A DNA stretch of 64,000 nt from an uncultured Oscillospiraceae bacterium (GCA_964450865.1 CAYVHB010000002.1:35590-99589); one strand, 5' to 3'. Shown: positions 19,794 to 30,623, counted from the stretch's first letter. The notes: a model not told the origin generated them from the letters alone. Made by a program: numbers and translations.

Positions 19794-22700
19794 ATGAAAA
19801 CATTATCGAATCACAAGCGAATCAAGGTAACCATCAATGGCCGGGAAATGGAAGTGTACGACAACCTGACGATTCTGCAGTCTTTATTGCAGGAAAATGT
19901 CCATATTCCTCATCTCTGTTATGATATCCGTCTCGATCGTTCCAACGGCAACTGCGGCCTCTGCGTCGTAGAGCTGGGCGGAAAGGGCGAGCGGGATGTC
20001 AAATCCTGCCAGACGCCGATCAAGGAAGGCATGATCATCCACACCAATACGCCCCGCCTGGAGAATTACCGCAAGATCCGGCTTGAGCAGCTGCTGTCCG
20101 ACCATAATGCCGACTGTATTGCGCCGTGCGTGCAGACCTGTCCGGCCAATATCGATATCCAGTCCTACCTGCGCCAGGTCGGCAACGGCAATATCAAGGA
20201 AGCGCTGCGTGTCATCAAGGACCGTAATCCGTTCCCCGTCGTCTGTGGCCGCGTCTGCCCGCATCCGTGTGAAGCCCAGTGCCGCCGCAGCCTGGTCGAT
20301 GCCCCGGTTGCCATCAATTATGTCAAGCGCTTTGCCGCTGACTGGGATATGGCCCAGGAGAAGCCCTGGCTGCCCACCCGCAATCCTTCGACCGGCAAGC
20401 GTATCGCGATCGTCGGCGCCGGGCCGTCCGGCCTGTCTGCCGCCTACTACAGTGCCATCAATGGCCATGACGTCACAGTCTTTGAACGCCAGCCCCACGC
20501 CGGCGGCATGATGCGTTATGGCATTCCGGAATACCGCCTGCCCAAAGCGACCCTTGACCAGGAAATCAACATCATGCGCCAGCTCGGCGTCAAGATCATG
20601 ACCGGCAAGGCGCTCGGTACCCATCTCCATCTGGAAGACCTGCACAAGGATTTCGATGCGGTTTACCTGGCAATCGGTTCCTGGCGTGCGACGCCGATGT
20701 CGATTGAAGGCGAGAACCTGCCCGGTGTCAAGCTGGGTATCAACTATCTTGAGCAGGTCACCCGTGGCGACAAGATAGACCTGGGCGATGTGATTGTGGT
20801 CGGTGGCGGCAATACGGCTATCGACTGTGCCCGCACAGCCCTGCGCAGCGGTGCCCGCTCCGTCCGCCTGGTCTATCGCCGGACGCAGGAAGAAATGCCG
20901 GCCGAGTCCTATGAGGTTGAAGAAGCGCTCCATGAAGGCGTTGAAATGGTCTTCCTGATGGCGCCGACCAGGATTGCCCTCGGGGCCGACGGCCGCAAGC
21001 AGCTCGAATGCATCCGCATGCAGCTGGGCGAACCGGACCGTTCGGGCCGCCGTCGCCCGGTGCCGATCGAAGGCAGCGAGACCCAGCTGCCGGCCGATAC
21101 GATTATCGGCGCCATCGGCCAGAGCACCAATACCCAGTTCCTTTATAATGACTTGCCGGTCAAGCTCAACAAATGGGGCGATATCGAGATCAATGGCAAG
21201 ACCTCCCAGACCTCCGAAGACAACATCTTTGCCGGCGGTGACTGCGTGACCGGGCCGGCCACGGTGATCCAGGCGGTCGGTGCCGGCCGCCGGGCCGCAG
21301 ATGCCATGCACAGCTACCTGTCCATCGGCTATGTCAAGGAAACCAATGTCGATTACAGCTGCAGCCGCGGCTCGATGGAAGACCTGCCCCGCTGGGAATT
21401 CGAAGAGCGGCCCAAGTTCCGGCGGGCGATCATGCCGGCGATATCCAGGGAAGCGCGCGTCAACAATTTCAAGGAAGTCGAGCTCGGCCTGGATCCTGAA
21501 GTAGCCCGCCTGGAAGCCCGCCGCTGCCTGAAGTGCGGCTGCACGGAACGCTATTCCTGCGATCTGCGCAAGGAAGCGACCGCCCATAATATCGAGTTCC
21601 AGAAGCCGGTCCATGAGCGGCCGTTCATCCCGATTGTCGATGATCACCCGTTCATCATGCGCGACCACAACAAGTGCATCTCCTGCGGCCGCTGCATCGC
21701 CGCCTGCGCCGAGATTGAAGGACCGGATATCCTGGCCTTCTATATGAAGCAGGGCCGCCAGCTGGTCGGCACCAAGAGCGGCCTGCCGCTGCGTGACACC
21801 GACTGTGTCAGCTGCGGCCAGTGCGTCAATGCCTGTCCGTGCGGCGCGCTGGATTACCGGCGTGAACGCGGCCGCGTCTTCCGGGCGATCAACAATCCCA
21901 AGAAAACTGTCGTCGCCTTCGTGGCGCCGGCCGTCCGCAGCGTTATTTCCCAGCATTACGGCATCCCGTTCCAGGAAGCGGCACCTTTCACGGCGGGTAT
22001 CCTCAAGCGCCTGGGCTTCGACAAGGTTTTTGACTTCACCTTCGCGGCTGACCTGACCATTGTCGAAGAGACCACCGAGTTCCTCAACCGCGTCGCCAGC
22101 AAGGGTGTGATGCCGCAATTCACCTCCTGCTGCCCCGGCTGGGTCAATTTCGTCGAACGCCGCTATCCGGAACTGATTCCCCACCTGTCAACCGCCAAGT
22201 CGCCGCAGCAGATGATGGCCGCAACAGTCAAAAACCACTACGGCGAAAAGATTGCCGGCATCAACCGCAAGGACTTGTTTGTTGTGTCGGTGGTCCCGTG
22301 CCTGGCCAAGAAATTCGAAGCCGCCCGGCCGGAGTTCGCGGTGGACAAGAATCGCGATGCCGATGCGGTCCTGACCACGACCGAACTGCTGGAAATGGTC
22401 GCCCTGGCGCGCATTGACCGCTCCGAGCTGGTTCCGGCTGAGTTCGATGAGCCTTACAAGCAGGTTTCCGGCGCCGGTATCCTGTTCGGCGCTTCCGGTG
22501 GCGTGGCTGAGGCCGCGCTGCGCATGGCCGTCGAAAAGCTGACCGGAGAGCCCCTGACCGAACACCTCGATTTTGAAGAGATCCGCGGTTTCGAAGGTGT
22601 CAAGGAATCAACGGTCAAGGCCAAAGGCGCAGAAGTCCGGGTGGCGGTTATCAGCGGCCTGCACAATGCCGAGCCGATCGTCCAGCAGATCCTCAAGGGT

Positions 22701-23246
22701 GTTGATGTCGGTTATGACCTGATTGAAGTCATGGCCTGCCCGGGTGGCTGCATCTGTGGTGCCGGTCATCCGATCCCGGAAAAAGTCGACGCCCTGGATA
22801 AACGCCAGAAGGTCCTGATTGACATTGACAAGACTTCCACCTACCGCAAGTCCCAGGAGAATCCGGACATCCTGCGCCTGTATGACGACTTCTATGGTGA
22901 GCCTAATTCACCCCTGGCCCACAAGCTGCTGCACACCCATTACAATGTGCTTGGCGGCGATGGCGTCTGCGGCAATATCCGTAAAAAAGCCAACTCGGCC
23001 TTTGTCACGCATGAGATTACGGTCTGCCAGTGCGACATCTGCCTGGCCAATGGCTCCAGAGAGGCTTATCATGATCTGTACAGCACGGTCAAGCACCAGG
23101 GCATGGACTCCTTCGTCGATGTCAAGACGATTCGCCTGAAGAGCAACCATCCGGTTTCGGGCATCTATATGGCTATCGATGGCAAGGTCATTGACCAGGC
23201 TTCCTTGCCGGCCTATCTGAAGAAGATCAAGAAAGAATACAAATAA
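19794..23246 (+). CDS. multidomain [FeFe]-hydrogenase fused to a GltD-like NAD(P)H oxidoreductase module
   Basis: ATG 19794 follows GAGGGG. The domain order I read is as follows. First a 2Fe-2S ferredoxin-like N-terminus (KVTINGREM...CGLCVVE). Then a GltD-like module (CIAPCVQTCPANIDI; IAIVGAGPSGLSAAYY; VVGGGNTAIDCART; AGGDCVTGP). Then two 4Fe-4S motifs (CISCGRCIAAC; CVSCGQCVNACPCGA). Then the H-cluster motifs TSCCPGW, VVPCLAKKFE and EVMACPGGCICGAGHP. Finally a ~110-aa C-terminal domain. Confidence 0.92.
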   Translation: MKTLSNHKRIKVTINGREMEVYDNLTILQSLLQENVHIPHLCYDIRLDRSNGNCGLCVVELGGKGERDVKSCQTPIKEGMIIHTNTPRLENYRKIRLEQLLSDHNADCIAPCVQTCPANIDIQSYLRQVGNGNIKEALRVIKDRNPFPVVCGRVCPHPCEAQCRRSLVDAPVAINYVKRFAADWDMAQEKPWLPTRNPSTGKRIAIVGAGPSGLSAAYYSAINGHDVTVFERQPHAGGMMRYGIPEYRLPKATLDQEINIMRQLGVKIMTGKALGTHLHLEDLHKDFDAVYLAIGSWRATPMSIEGENLPGVKLGINYLEQVTRGDKIDLGDVIVVGGGNTAIDCARTALRSGARSVRLVYRRTQEEMPAESYEVEEALHEGVEMVFLMAPTRIALGADGRKQLECIRMQLGEPDRSGRRRPVPIEGSETQLPADTIIGAIGQSTNTQFLYNDLPVKLNKWGDIEINGKTSQTSEDNIFAGGDCVTGPATVIQAVGAGRRAADAMHSYLSIGYVKETNVDYSCSRGSMEDLPRWEFEERPKFRRAIMPAISREARVNNFKEVELGLDPEVARLEARRCLKCGCTERYSCDLRKEATAHNIEFQKPVHERPFIPIVDDHPFIMRDHNKCISCGRCIAACAEIEGPDILAFYMKQGRQLVGTKSGLPLRDTDCVSCGQCVNACPCGALDYRRERGRVFRAINNPKKTVVAFVAPAVRSVISQHYGIPFQEAAPFTAGILKRLGFDKVFDFTFAADLTIVEETTEFLNRVASKGVMPQFTSCCPGWVNFVERRYPELIPHLSTAKSPQQMMAATVKNHYGEKIAGINRKDLFVVSVVPCLAKKFEAARPEFAVDKNRDADAVLTTTELLEMVALARIDRSELVPAEFDEPYKQVSGAGILFGASGGVAEAALRMAVEKLTGEPLTEHLDFEEIRGFEGVKESTVKAKGAEVRVAVISGLHNAEPIVQQILKGVDVGYDLIEVMACPGGCICGAGHPIPEKVDALDKRQKVLIDIDKTSTYRKSQENPDILRLYDDFYGEPNSPLAHKLLHTHYNVLGGDGVCGNIRKKANSAFVTHEITVCQCDICLANGSREAYHDLYSTVKHQGMDSFVDVKTIRLKSNHPVSGIYMAIDGKVIDQASLPAYLKKIKKEYK

Positions 23247-23443
23247 AAAGCGACCCGGATCATACTAACCGGATCCGGCCGGGGCAGCCAGACTGGCACA
23301 GCAGGGAACTGCCCCGGCCTGGCAACCGGAGACTGCACCGGCAAATCCGTCAATCGCACCATCAGGGGGCATCCGCCGGCAGGCGGGTGCCCTTCGAATT
23401 CATTGCCCGATCGCAATCTAGATAAAGATGCAGGTATACGCGA

Positions 23444-24790
23444 ATGGATCAAAAGAAATGGCATAATCCCGGACAACGCCGGCTGCTGGGCCTCGTCGCG
23501 TTTGGCGTAGGTCTTTACTGGACCCTGCAGCATTATCAGCTGCTGGTTGCTGTCTTCAGGACCCTGCTGGGCCTGATGGCCCCGCTGCTGCTGGGCCTGG
23601 CGATCGCTTTTATTATCAATGTGCCGATGCGCGGTATTGAGCGGCTGATATTTGGCAAGCGGCAAGCGCAACGGACACCAGCTGTTGGTCATGCCAATAA
23701 GCTGGCCGATGATCGTGCCGGAAAACCGGCCGGACCCGCGCAATCCAGTCAGCAGCCCAGTCCATCGGCTGATTCAGGCGTCTCCGGATCCACCGTTTTG
23801 CGGCGGCCGCCCCGCTGGCGGCCGGGCCTGGGCCAGCCGATTCAGTGGCTGCAGATATTGCGCCGGCCGACCAGCCTGCTGCTGGCCATCCTGCTGCTGA
23901 CGGGCCTGGTCCTGGCAGTCCTGATCATCGTTATCCCGCAACTGGTTGAAAGCCTGACGACATTGACGACCAATCTGCCTGTTTATCTGGCCTCCATCCA
24001 GAGCTGGCTGCAGGCCAAGGCCGCCGCCTTCCCGCAGCTGGCGGAAATTTTGTCCGGTTATGAAATCGACTGGCAGAAGCTGATTACCGCCGGGGTCAAT
24101 TATTTACAGACCAGCGCCGGCTCGCTGTTTAGTTCGACCTTTACTTTCGCGGCATCGGTCTTTGGCGGGATTTTCACTTTTGTCCTGGCTTTTATTTTCG
24201 CTATCTATATCCTGCTGCAAAAAGAAAAGCTGGCTGACCAGTTCCAGCGCTTGTTCCAGGCCTATCTGCCAGCTCCCTGGCCAGGTAAAATAACGGCCCT
24301 TGCCAGCCTGACCAATGATACCTTCACCCGCTTCCTGGCTGGCCAGTTTTTTGAGGCCGTCATCCTCGGGCTGCTGTTTCTCACGGCGATGCTGGTCTTT
24401 GGCTTCCCATATGCCGGGCTGATATCCATCCTGATCGCTTTCACGGCACTGATCCCGATGGTTGGTGCATTTATCGGTCTCATTATCGGCATGTTCCTGA
24501 TCCTGATGGTTGACCCCGTCCAGTCATTGTGGTTCCTGATCATGTTCCTGGTCATCCAGCAGCTCGAGAACAACCTGATCTATCCGCGGGTCGTCGGCAG
24601 CTCGATCGGCCTGCCGGCGATCTGGGTCCTGGCAGCAGTAACCATTGGCGGTGGCCTGTTTGGCGTAGCCGGCATGCTGATCTTTATTCCCTTGTGCTCG
24701 GTCCTCTATGTCCTGATCAAACAAGCGGTGAATAATCGCCTGCTGGCTAAACGGCAAGCCGAAGAGCCCGACCCGGCCGTGTCTGATTGA
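23444..24790 (+). CDS. AI-2E family transporter (PerM-like permease)
   Basis: 448 aa and polytopic. The C-terminal signature is QQLENNLIYPRVVGSSIGLPAIWVLAAV. A ~65-aa low-complexity loop insertion is present. Confidence 0.88.
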   Translation: MDQKKWHNPGQRRLLGLVAFGVGLYWTLQHYQLLVAVFRTLLGLMAPLLLGLAIAFIINVPMRGIERLIFGKRQAQRTPAVGHANKLADDRAGKPAGPAQSSQQPSPSADSGVSGSTVLRRPPRWRPGLGQPIQWLQILRRPTSLLLAILLLTGLVLAVLIIVIPQLVESLTTLTTNLPVYLASIQSWLQAKAAAFPQLAEILSGYEIDWQKLITAGVNYLQTSAGSLFSSTFTFAASVFGGIFTFVLAFIFAIYILLQKEKLADQFQRLFQAYLPAPWPGKITALASLTNDTFTRFLAGQFFEAVILGLLFLTAMLVFGFPYAGLISILIAFTALIPMVGAFIGLIIGMFLILMVDPVQSLWFLIMFLVIQQLENNLIYPRVVGSSIGLPAIWVLAAVTIGGGLFGVAGMLIFIPLCSVLYVLIKQAVNNRLLAKRQAEEPDPAVSD

Positions 24791-24877
24791 GATAAAAGGA
24801 AAAATAAATAGCAGCAGGTCCGGAACCAGGCACCTGAGAAAAAAGCAGCAGATCCGGAACCAGGCACACTTGGCGGC

Positions 24878-25912
24878 CTACCATTTGTTATGCACTTTTT
24901 CGGCGAAGCCGAGGAACTGCCGCAGGGTGATCACCTGGCCGTCGTCGAGGATGGCCTGGCCGTTATAGTAGCCGAAGACCTGGTGCTGGTCGCTCATGAT
25001 AATGCCCAGCGAGGTCAGGGCCGCCCGGTCGAGGATCGGGGTAAAGGTCATTTCCAGCCGCTGGTCCGATGAGGTAAAGACCCAGGGGGAGAGGTAGTCA
25101 TCCCTGCCGCTGGCCAGAACCGGAATATCAAAGTGGACGGTCTCGATCTTATGCGCCTGCCCGCCATAGAACAGCATATTCTCGCTGGCGGCACTGGTGT
25201 CGCCGAAGCCGCAGCCAATATTAAAGCCGAAGACCTTGCCATCAACCAGCCCCTGGGCCGCCCCCCAGTACCAGGTATTATCATAAGTCCAGACGCCACG
25301 GCCCCAGTCGAGCAGGCCGAAAGACCGATCCGGCTTGAAAAGGTAATTGTGGCCCCGGTAGGTGACGGAGCCCTCGGCCCGCATGCCGATTATTTTCTGA
25401 TTATAATAAAAGGCTTTTGGATCTGCGGGAAAAGGCGTGGCGATTACCATGCTTTTGTCCGGTTCGTCAAATAATTCGATCTGGACGTCCAGGGACTCGG
25501 CCCCATCAAAGCGGGCCATGTGACAGGTCAGCCGCCGCCGGGTCCGCCAGTGCTCAAAGGACATCTCACAGCGGGCCGACCTGACCTTGACATCGCCGGC
25601 GGCAGACGTCGCCGGCAGCGCGGTCCGGCCCAGGGGCAGCAGGCTGATCTGGCTGGCGGTGTGTTCACGCCGGTTCTGAAAATCCAGAAATGACGCACTG
25701 GTCATCCCCATATATGAGTTATCGTCGATCGTCAGCGCGACCCCGAATTCGCCGTTATAGACCAGATAATAGTCCCACTCCTTGATGCGCAGCCGGCCGG
25801 ACTTGATCCGCTGGCGATCATACTGGCGCAGCAGCGAGGTGGCATAGCCCTTTTCAAAAAGGCGGCCATTTTCATCGAGTAATTGACCATGACTGAGCTG
25901 GATTTGTGGCAT
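24878..25912 (-). CDS. DUF2804 domain-containing protein
   Basis: 344 aa. The N-terminal pattern ...LLDENGRL..KGYA...YDRQRIKSGRLRIKEWDYYLV is what I recognise as DUF2804. Confidence 0.8.
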   Translation of the reverse strand: MPQIQLSHGQLLDENGRLFEKGYATSLLRQYDRQRIKSGRLRIKEWDYYLVYNGEFGVALTIDDNSYMGMTSASFLDFQNRREHTASQISLLPLGRTALPATSAAGDVKVRSARCEMSFEHWRTRRRLTCHMARFDGAESLDVQIELFDEPDKSMVIATPFPADPKAFYYNQKIIGMRAEGSVTYRGHNYLFKPDRSFGLLDWGRGVWTYDNTWYWGAAQGLVDGKVFGFNIGCGFGDTSAASENMLFYGGQAHKIETVHFDIPVLASGRDDYLSPWVFTSSDQRLEMTFTPILDRAALTSLGIIMSDQHQVFGYYNGQAILDDGQVITLRQFLGFAEKVHNKW

Positions 25913-26198
25913 ATTCCCGGGCTCCTTTGCTGATTGATGGACACAAATTTATTATACGCCTCCATCTGCTGTCTGTTTCGTTGCATTTATGTTAAGATCA
26001 GGCCGTCTTCAGGCCGGCTGGTCGGGAAAAGCCAATCAAGGCATCTGGCACAATAAAACATTCATAAATAATCTATAATGGCTTCATAAACTCCGCGGTT
26101 TTCAGGCGTATATTGAAAGTAGGGCCGACTGACTTTCGGTCAATCGCTGTCTGACCGGACCAGGCGGCCGCGGACATGGCCAGGATCAGGTGAGCAGG

Positions 26199-26900
26199 AT
26201 GGGTTATATTGAACTGGAAAATATCCGTAAACATTACCAGATGGGCGAGGTTACCATCACGGCTGTTGACGGTGTCAGCTTCGCCATCGAAAAGGGTGAT
26301 TTTGCCGTGGTGGTCGGTGCCTCCGGCGCTGGCAAGTCAACTGTGCTGAATATCCTGGGAGGTATGGATTCGCTGGATAGCGGGACCATCCGTATCGACG
26401 GCGAGGATATCAGCGCTTATGATGCCCGGTTACTGACCGAGTATCGGCGTCACGAAATTGGTTTCGTATTTCAATTTTATAATCTGGTGCAGAATCTGAC
26501 TGCCCGCGAAAATGTTGAACTGGCCTCGATGATTTGTGACAATCCGCATGATGTTGACGAGGTGCTGGCCATGGTCGGCCTGAGCGAACGCTCCGATCAT
26601 TTCCCGGCCCAGCTGTCCGGTGGCGAGCAGCAACGGGTGGCCATCGCCCGGGCGCTGGCCAAGAATCCCAAGCTGCTGCTCTGTGATGAACCAACCGGTG
26701 CGCTTGATTATCAGACCAGCAAATCAATTCTCAAGCTCTTGCAGGATACATGCCGCCGAACCGGCATGACTGTCATCGTTATTACCCATAACGGGGCCCT
26801 GACCGCGATGGCCGACAAAGTCATTCGCATGAAAAACGGTCAGGTGTCCAGTTTCATCATGAATCCGCAGCCAGTGCCTGTCGAATTACTGGAGTGGTGA
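26199..26900 (+). CDS. ABC transporter ATP-binding protein (MacB/LolD type)
   Basis: Walker [10 protein letters not shown], signature [15 protein letters not shown], Walker [16 protein letters not shown] 26199 is preferred over GTG 26190. Confidence 0.93.
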   Translation: MGYIELENIRKHYQMGEVTITAVDGVSFAIEKGDFAVVVGASGAGKSTVLNILGGMDSLDSGTIRIDGEDISAYDARLLTEYRRHEIGFVFQFYNLVQNLTARENVELASMICDNPHDVDEVLAMVGLSERSDHFPAQLSGGEQQRVAIARALAKNPKLLLCDEPTGALDYQTSKSILKLLQDTCRRTGMTVIVITHNGALTAMADKVIRMKNGQVSSFIMNPQPVPVELLEW

Positions 26901-27038
26901 GGCTGGCCGATCGCGGACCGGCTACCGGATGCAACCGGTTATCGGTCTGCGTCATTTCTGTTGAATGACTGGCGCTGCCAGGCTGGCGGTTGCCCATGTT
27001 CATCCACCGGTGTCGCTCTTTCAAGCGAGGTTCTGCAT

Positions 27039-30000
27039 ATGGCTAAAAAACAAGCCCTGAACCGGGATTTCTGGCGGACCCTGTTCAAGACCCGCGCCCG
27101 CTTTCTCTCCATTCTGGCCATGATTGCCCTGGGTGTCGGTTTTTTTGCAGGCATCAATGCAACCGAGCCGGATATGATTTTATCGGCTGACCGATATTAC
27201 CAGACACAGAACCTGGCCGATTTCCGGGTCTTTTCGCCGCTGGGTTTCCAGGCTGACGATATTGCCAGGGTCCGGAGCCTGCCTGATGTGGCCCGTGTTG
27301 AGCCTGGCTACACCAGGGATCTTTTCCTGGATTCACCAGCCGGTACGACCAGTATTGTCAGGCTCTACAGTTTTCAGGCTGCGTCATCCGCCACCGGATC
27401 GGGCGATGCCGGCGATATCAGCCGCCCGAGCCTGCTCAGCGGCCGTTTGCCAGTCAATCCGGGCGAAATAGCCATTGAAAGTGGCAGCAACGTGCCGGCC
27501 GATATCCAGATCGGCAGCCAGGTCAGCGTGGCCGTACCAGCCGATGAGGACCTGGCCGATACCCTGCGGACAAAATATTTTACCGTAGTCGGGATTGTGC
27601 GCTCACCCACCTATATCAGCATCGAGCGCGGCCAGACCAACATCGGTGACGGTGCGATCGCCTGGTATGCCTATATCAATGCTGCCGATTTTGCCCGTGA
27701 GCGATACTCCGATCTTTACGTCCGGGCGACCGCATCCGGTCAGCTGCTGGCCTACTCGGCCGAATACAGCCAGGCCATGCAGACACTGGAAACCGCCCTG
27801 GATCAGATCGGCGTGGCCTCGATTACCGCTGAGACCGCCAAAATGCGCGATGATATCAACGAGGGGAAATCAGAGCTGGCGACCAATAAGGCCAAAGCTG
27901 AAAAGGAGCTGGCTGATGCCGAGCAGCAGCTGGTGGATGCCGAACAGAAAATTGCTGACGGCGAGGCTGAACTGACCAGCCAGTCAGCCAAATATAGCAA
28001 GCTGTTTGCCGAAAAACGCAAGGATCTGGCCGATGGCCAGACCCAGTTGCGCACAGCCCGGCGTCAATATGAGGATGGCCTGAAATTGTGGCAAGCCGGG
28101 TATGAGGATTACCAGGCCGGTGCGGCCAAGGCCGCCAAGGCCAAGGCCCAGCTTGACGCCGCCGCGACCGAGCTGGCAGCCGGCGAAAAGAGCCTGGCCG
28201 CCAGTAAAGCCCAGCTGGATCAGACTAAGAACCAGCTTGATGGCCTGGCGCAGCAGATTGCTGCCCTGCAAGCGATCCGCCAGAGCTTGCCGGCTGATGG
28301 CACCGAGCTCAGTGAAACCGAATATAACCAGATCATTGCCTCGATTGATCAGGTGGCCCCGGATCTGGCCGCGCAAATCAGGACCAACCTGCCCTATGGC
28401 ACACCGGATCTGGTGGTCCAGCTCAAGGCCAGCCTCGACACCGCCATTGCCAGTTACCAGGCGACCCTCGATGGGGGTCGCCAGCAATATGAAGCCGGGC
28501 TGGCCCAGTATGAGGCCGGCGTGGCGCAGCTGGCCGCCAGTCGCCAGCAGTATGAGCAAGGCCTGGCTGAATATCAGGCCGGCCAGCAGGAACTGGCCAA
28601 GGCCAGACAGCAGCTTGATCGCAACAAGGCCAAGCTCGACCAGGCGAAAGCACGCCTGGATGCCAGCCAGGCGCAGCTCGATCAGGGTGAAAAAGACCTG
28701 GCCAAAGCCGAACGGGAATTCCAGCAGAAAATGGCAGACGGCTGGGCCGAAATCACCCAGGCCAGGATAGACCTGGCCCAGGGCAAGATCGAATTTGCCG
28801 ACCAGAAATACACGGCCCTGGCCGAGATCGCCGATGCCGAGGCCCAGATCCGTGATGCGGAACGGCAGCTGGTGGAGCTGCCGCAAGAATGGTTTGTCTG
28901 GAATCGCGATGATAATCCCGGCTATTCCGGTTATGGGGATGATGCCGATCGCATTGGCGCCGTGGCCAAGGTTTTCCCGCTGTTCTTTTTCCTGGTGGCG
29001 GCCCTGGTCTGCCTGACGACCATGACGCGCATGGTTGAGGAGGAACGGTTACAGGTCGGGACCCTCAAGGCCCTCGGTTACGGCAGCGGTTTGATTGCTG
29101 CCAAATACCTGGCTTATGCCCTGGCAGCCAGCGTGATTGGTACGACGGTCGGCCTGATTTCCGGGTTCAAGCTTTTCCCTGGTGTCATCATGTCAACTTA
29201 TGGCCTGATGTACAGCATCCCCGTGCGCCTGATGCCGTTCCATCTTGACTATGCCCTGATATCGCTCGGCCTGGCTGTTGTGACGACCGTCAGTGCCGCC
29301 CTGGCTGCCACTTTGCAGGAATTGCGGGCTACTCCGGCTGTCCTGATGCTGCCCAAGGCCCCGCGGCCTGGCAAACGCATTTTCCTCGAGCGGATCCGGC
29401 CCCTCTGGCGGAATCTGTCCTTTTCCCACAAGGTCACGGCCCGCAACCTGTTCCGCTATAAGAAACGCCTGCTGATGACGGTGATCGGCATTGCCGGCTG
29501 CACCGGGTTGCTGGTGACCGGATTCGGATTGCGGGACTCGATCAACGCGATCATGGACCGCCAGTTTGCGGCGATATTCATCTATGATGGCCAGGTCATT
29601 CTCGATACTGACAAGATTCTGTCGGCAGCAGACTTGCAGGATATGCTGGCCGGCCAGCCTGCGATCACCAGCAGCCTGCCGATTTCCTCCGAGACGGTAA
29701 CCGTGCTGCGGACCGGAGTGGCCCGCAGTTACGAAGCCAACCTGACGATTCCGCAAGACACTGGCCTGTTCCCGGCCTTTTATGACTTGCATGACCGCCT
29801 GACCCAGACGGCGATCGACTTGCCCGCAGACGGGGCGATTGTCTCGGAGAAGCTGGCTGCCCTGCTTTCACTGCGGATGGGGGACACCTTCAGCTACCGC
29901 GATGTCGAGAATCGCACCTATGAGCTGCGCGTGGCCGGTATCGCCGAGAATTATCTGCAGCACTTTATTTACCTGTCGCCGGCCTATTTTGATACCATCA

Positions 30001-30563
30001 CCTATCGGACCCCGGTCTACAATGTGCTGGCCTTTAATCTGTCCGATCCGGCGACTGTTGATGAAAAAGCCATGAAGGAAGCTTTCATGAGCCACGATGG
30101 CGTGCTGACCACCATCTTCACCCGCGGCCTGGCCAATGATTTCAGTGATACCATCAAGAGCCTCAATTATGTTGTCCTGCTGCTGATTATCTCAGCTGGC
30201 GCCCTGGCTTTTGTGGTGCTTTATAACCTGACCAATATCAATATCACGGAGCGGATCCGCGAGATCGCCACGATCAAGGTTCTCGGCTTCCGCGACCGTG
30301 AAGTGTCGGCCTATGTGTATCGGGAAAATCTGCTGCTCACAGCAGGCGGCATCCTGCTGGGCCTGCTGCTTGGTTCAATCCTGCATCGCTTTGTCATGAG
30401 TACGATGGAAATTGACTCGATGATGTTTGGCAAGAATATCAGCCTGCTCAGCTATGGCCTGTCCATCGTCCTGACCTTTGTTTTCTCCACGCTGGTCAAT
30501 TATTTCATGTTCCACAAACTGCGCCACATCAAGATGGTTGAATCCCTTAAATCCGTGGAATAA
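27039..30563 (+). CDS. large FtsX-family (MacB-type) ABC permease with two FtsX modules and a ~330-aa coiled-coil insertion
   Basis: The ORF is trimmed to ATG 27039 (MAKKQALNRDFWRTLFKTRARFLSILAMIALGVGFFAG). There are two 4-TM FtsX blocks, around aa 650-800 and 1050-1170. The first extracytoplasmic domain contains a long heptad-like A/Q/E/K/L region (…QYEAGLAQYEAGVAQLAASRQQYEQGLAEYQAGQQELAKARQQLD…). Confidence 0.88.
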   Translation: MAKKQALNRDFWRTLFKTRARFLSILAMIALGVGFFAGINATEPDMILSADRYYQTQNLADFRVFSPLGFQADDIARVRSLPDVARVEPGYTRDLFLDSPAGTTSIVRLYSFQAASSATGSGDAGDISRPSLLSGRLPVNPGEIAIESGSNVPADIQIGSQVSVAVPADEDLADTLRTKYFTVVGIVRSPTYISIERGQTNIGDGAIAWYAYINAADFARERYSDLYVRATASGQLLAYSAEYSQAMQTLETALDQIGVASITAETAKMRDDINEGKSELATNKAKAEKELADAEQQLVDAEQKIADGEAELTSQSAKYSKLFAEKRKDLADGQTQLRTARRQYEDGLKLWQAGYEDYQAGAAKAAKAKAQLDAAATELAAGEKSLAASKAQLDQTKNQLDGLAQQIAALQAIRQSLPADGTELSETEYNQIIASIDQVAPDLAAQIRTNLPYGTPDLVVQLKASLDTAIASYQATLDGGRQQYEAGLAQYEAGVAQLAASRQQYEQGLAEYQAGQQELAKARQQLDRNKAKLDQAKARLDASQAQLDQGEKDLAKAEREFQQKMADGWAEITQARIDLAQGKIEFADQKYTALAEIADAEAQIRDAERQLVELPQEWFVWNRDDNPGYSGYGDDADRIGAVAKVFPLFFFLVAALVCLTTMTRMVEEERLQVGTLKALGYGSGLIAAKYLAYALAASVIGTTVGLISGFKLFPGVIMSTYGLMYSIPVRLMPFHLDYALISLGLAVVTTVSAALAATLQELRATPAVLMLPKAPRPGKRIFLERIRPLWRNLSFSHKVTARNLFRYKKRLLMTVIGIAGCTGLLVTGFGLRDSINAIMDRQFAAIFIYDGQVILDTDKILSAADLQDMLAGQPAITSSLPISSETVTVLRTGVARSYEANLTIPQDTGLFPAFYDLHDRLTQTAIDLPADGAIVSEKLAALLSLRMGDTFSYRDVENRTYELRVAGIAENYLQHFIYLSPAYFDTITYRTPVYNVLAFNLSDPATVDEKAMKEAFMSHDGVLTTIFTRGLANDFSDTIKSLNYVVLLLIISAGALAFVVLYNLTNINITERIREIATIKVLGFRDREVSAYVYRENLLLTAGGILLGLLLGSILHRFVMSTMEIDSMMFGKNISLLSYGLSIVLTFVFSTLVNYFMFHKLRHIKMVESLKSVE

Positions 30564-30623
30564 CAGCCAGCTGGCCGTGTCCAGCCCGGCAGCGACTGCG
30601 GCTTTTCATCACTGAGGTAGACC

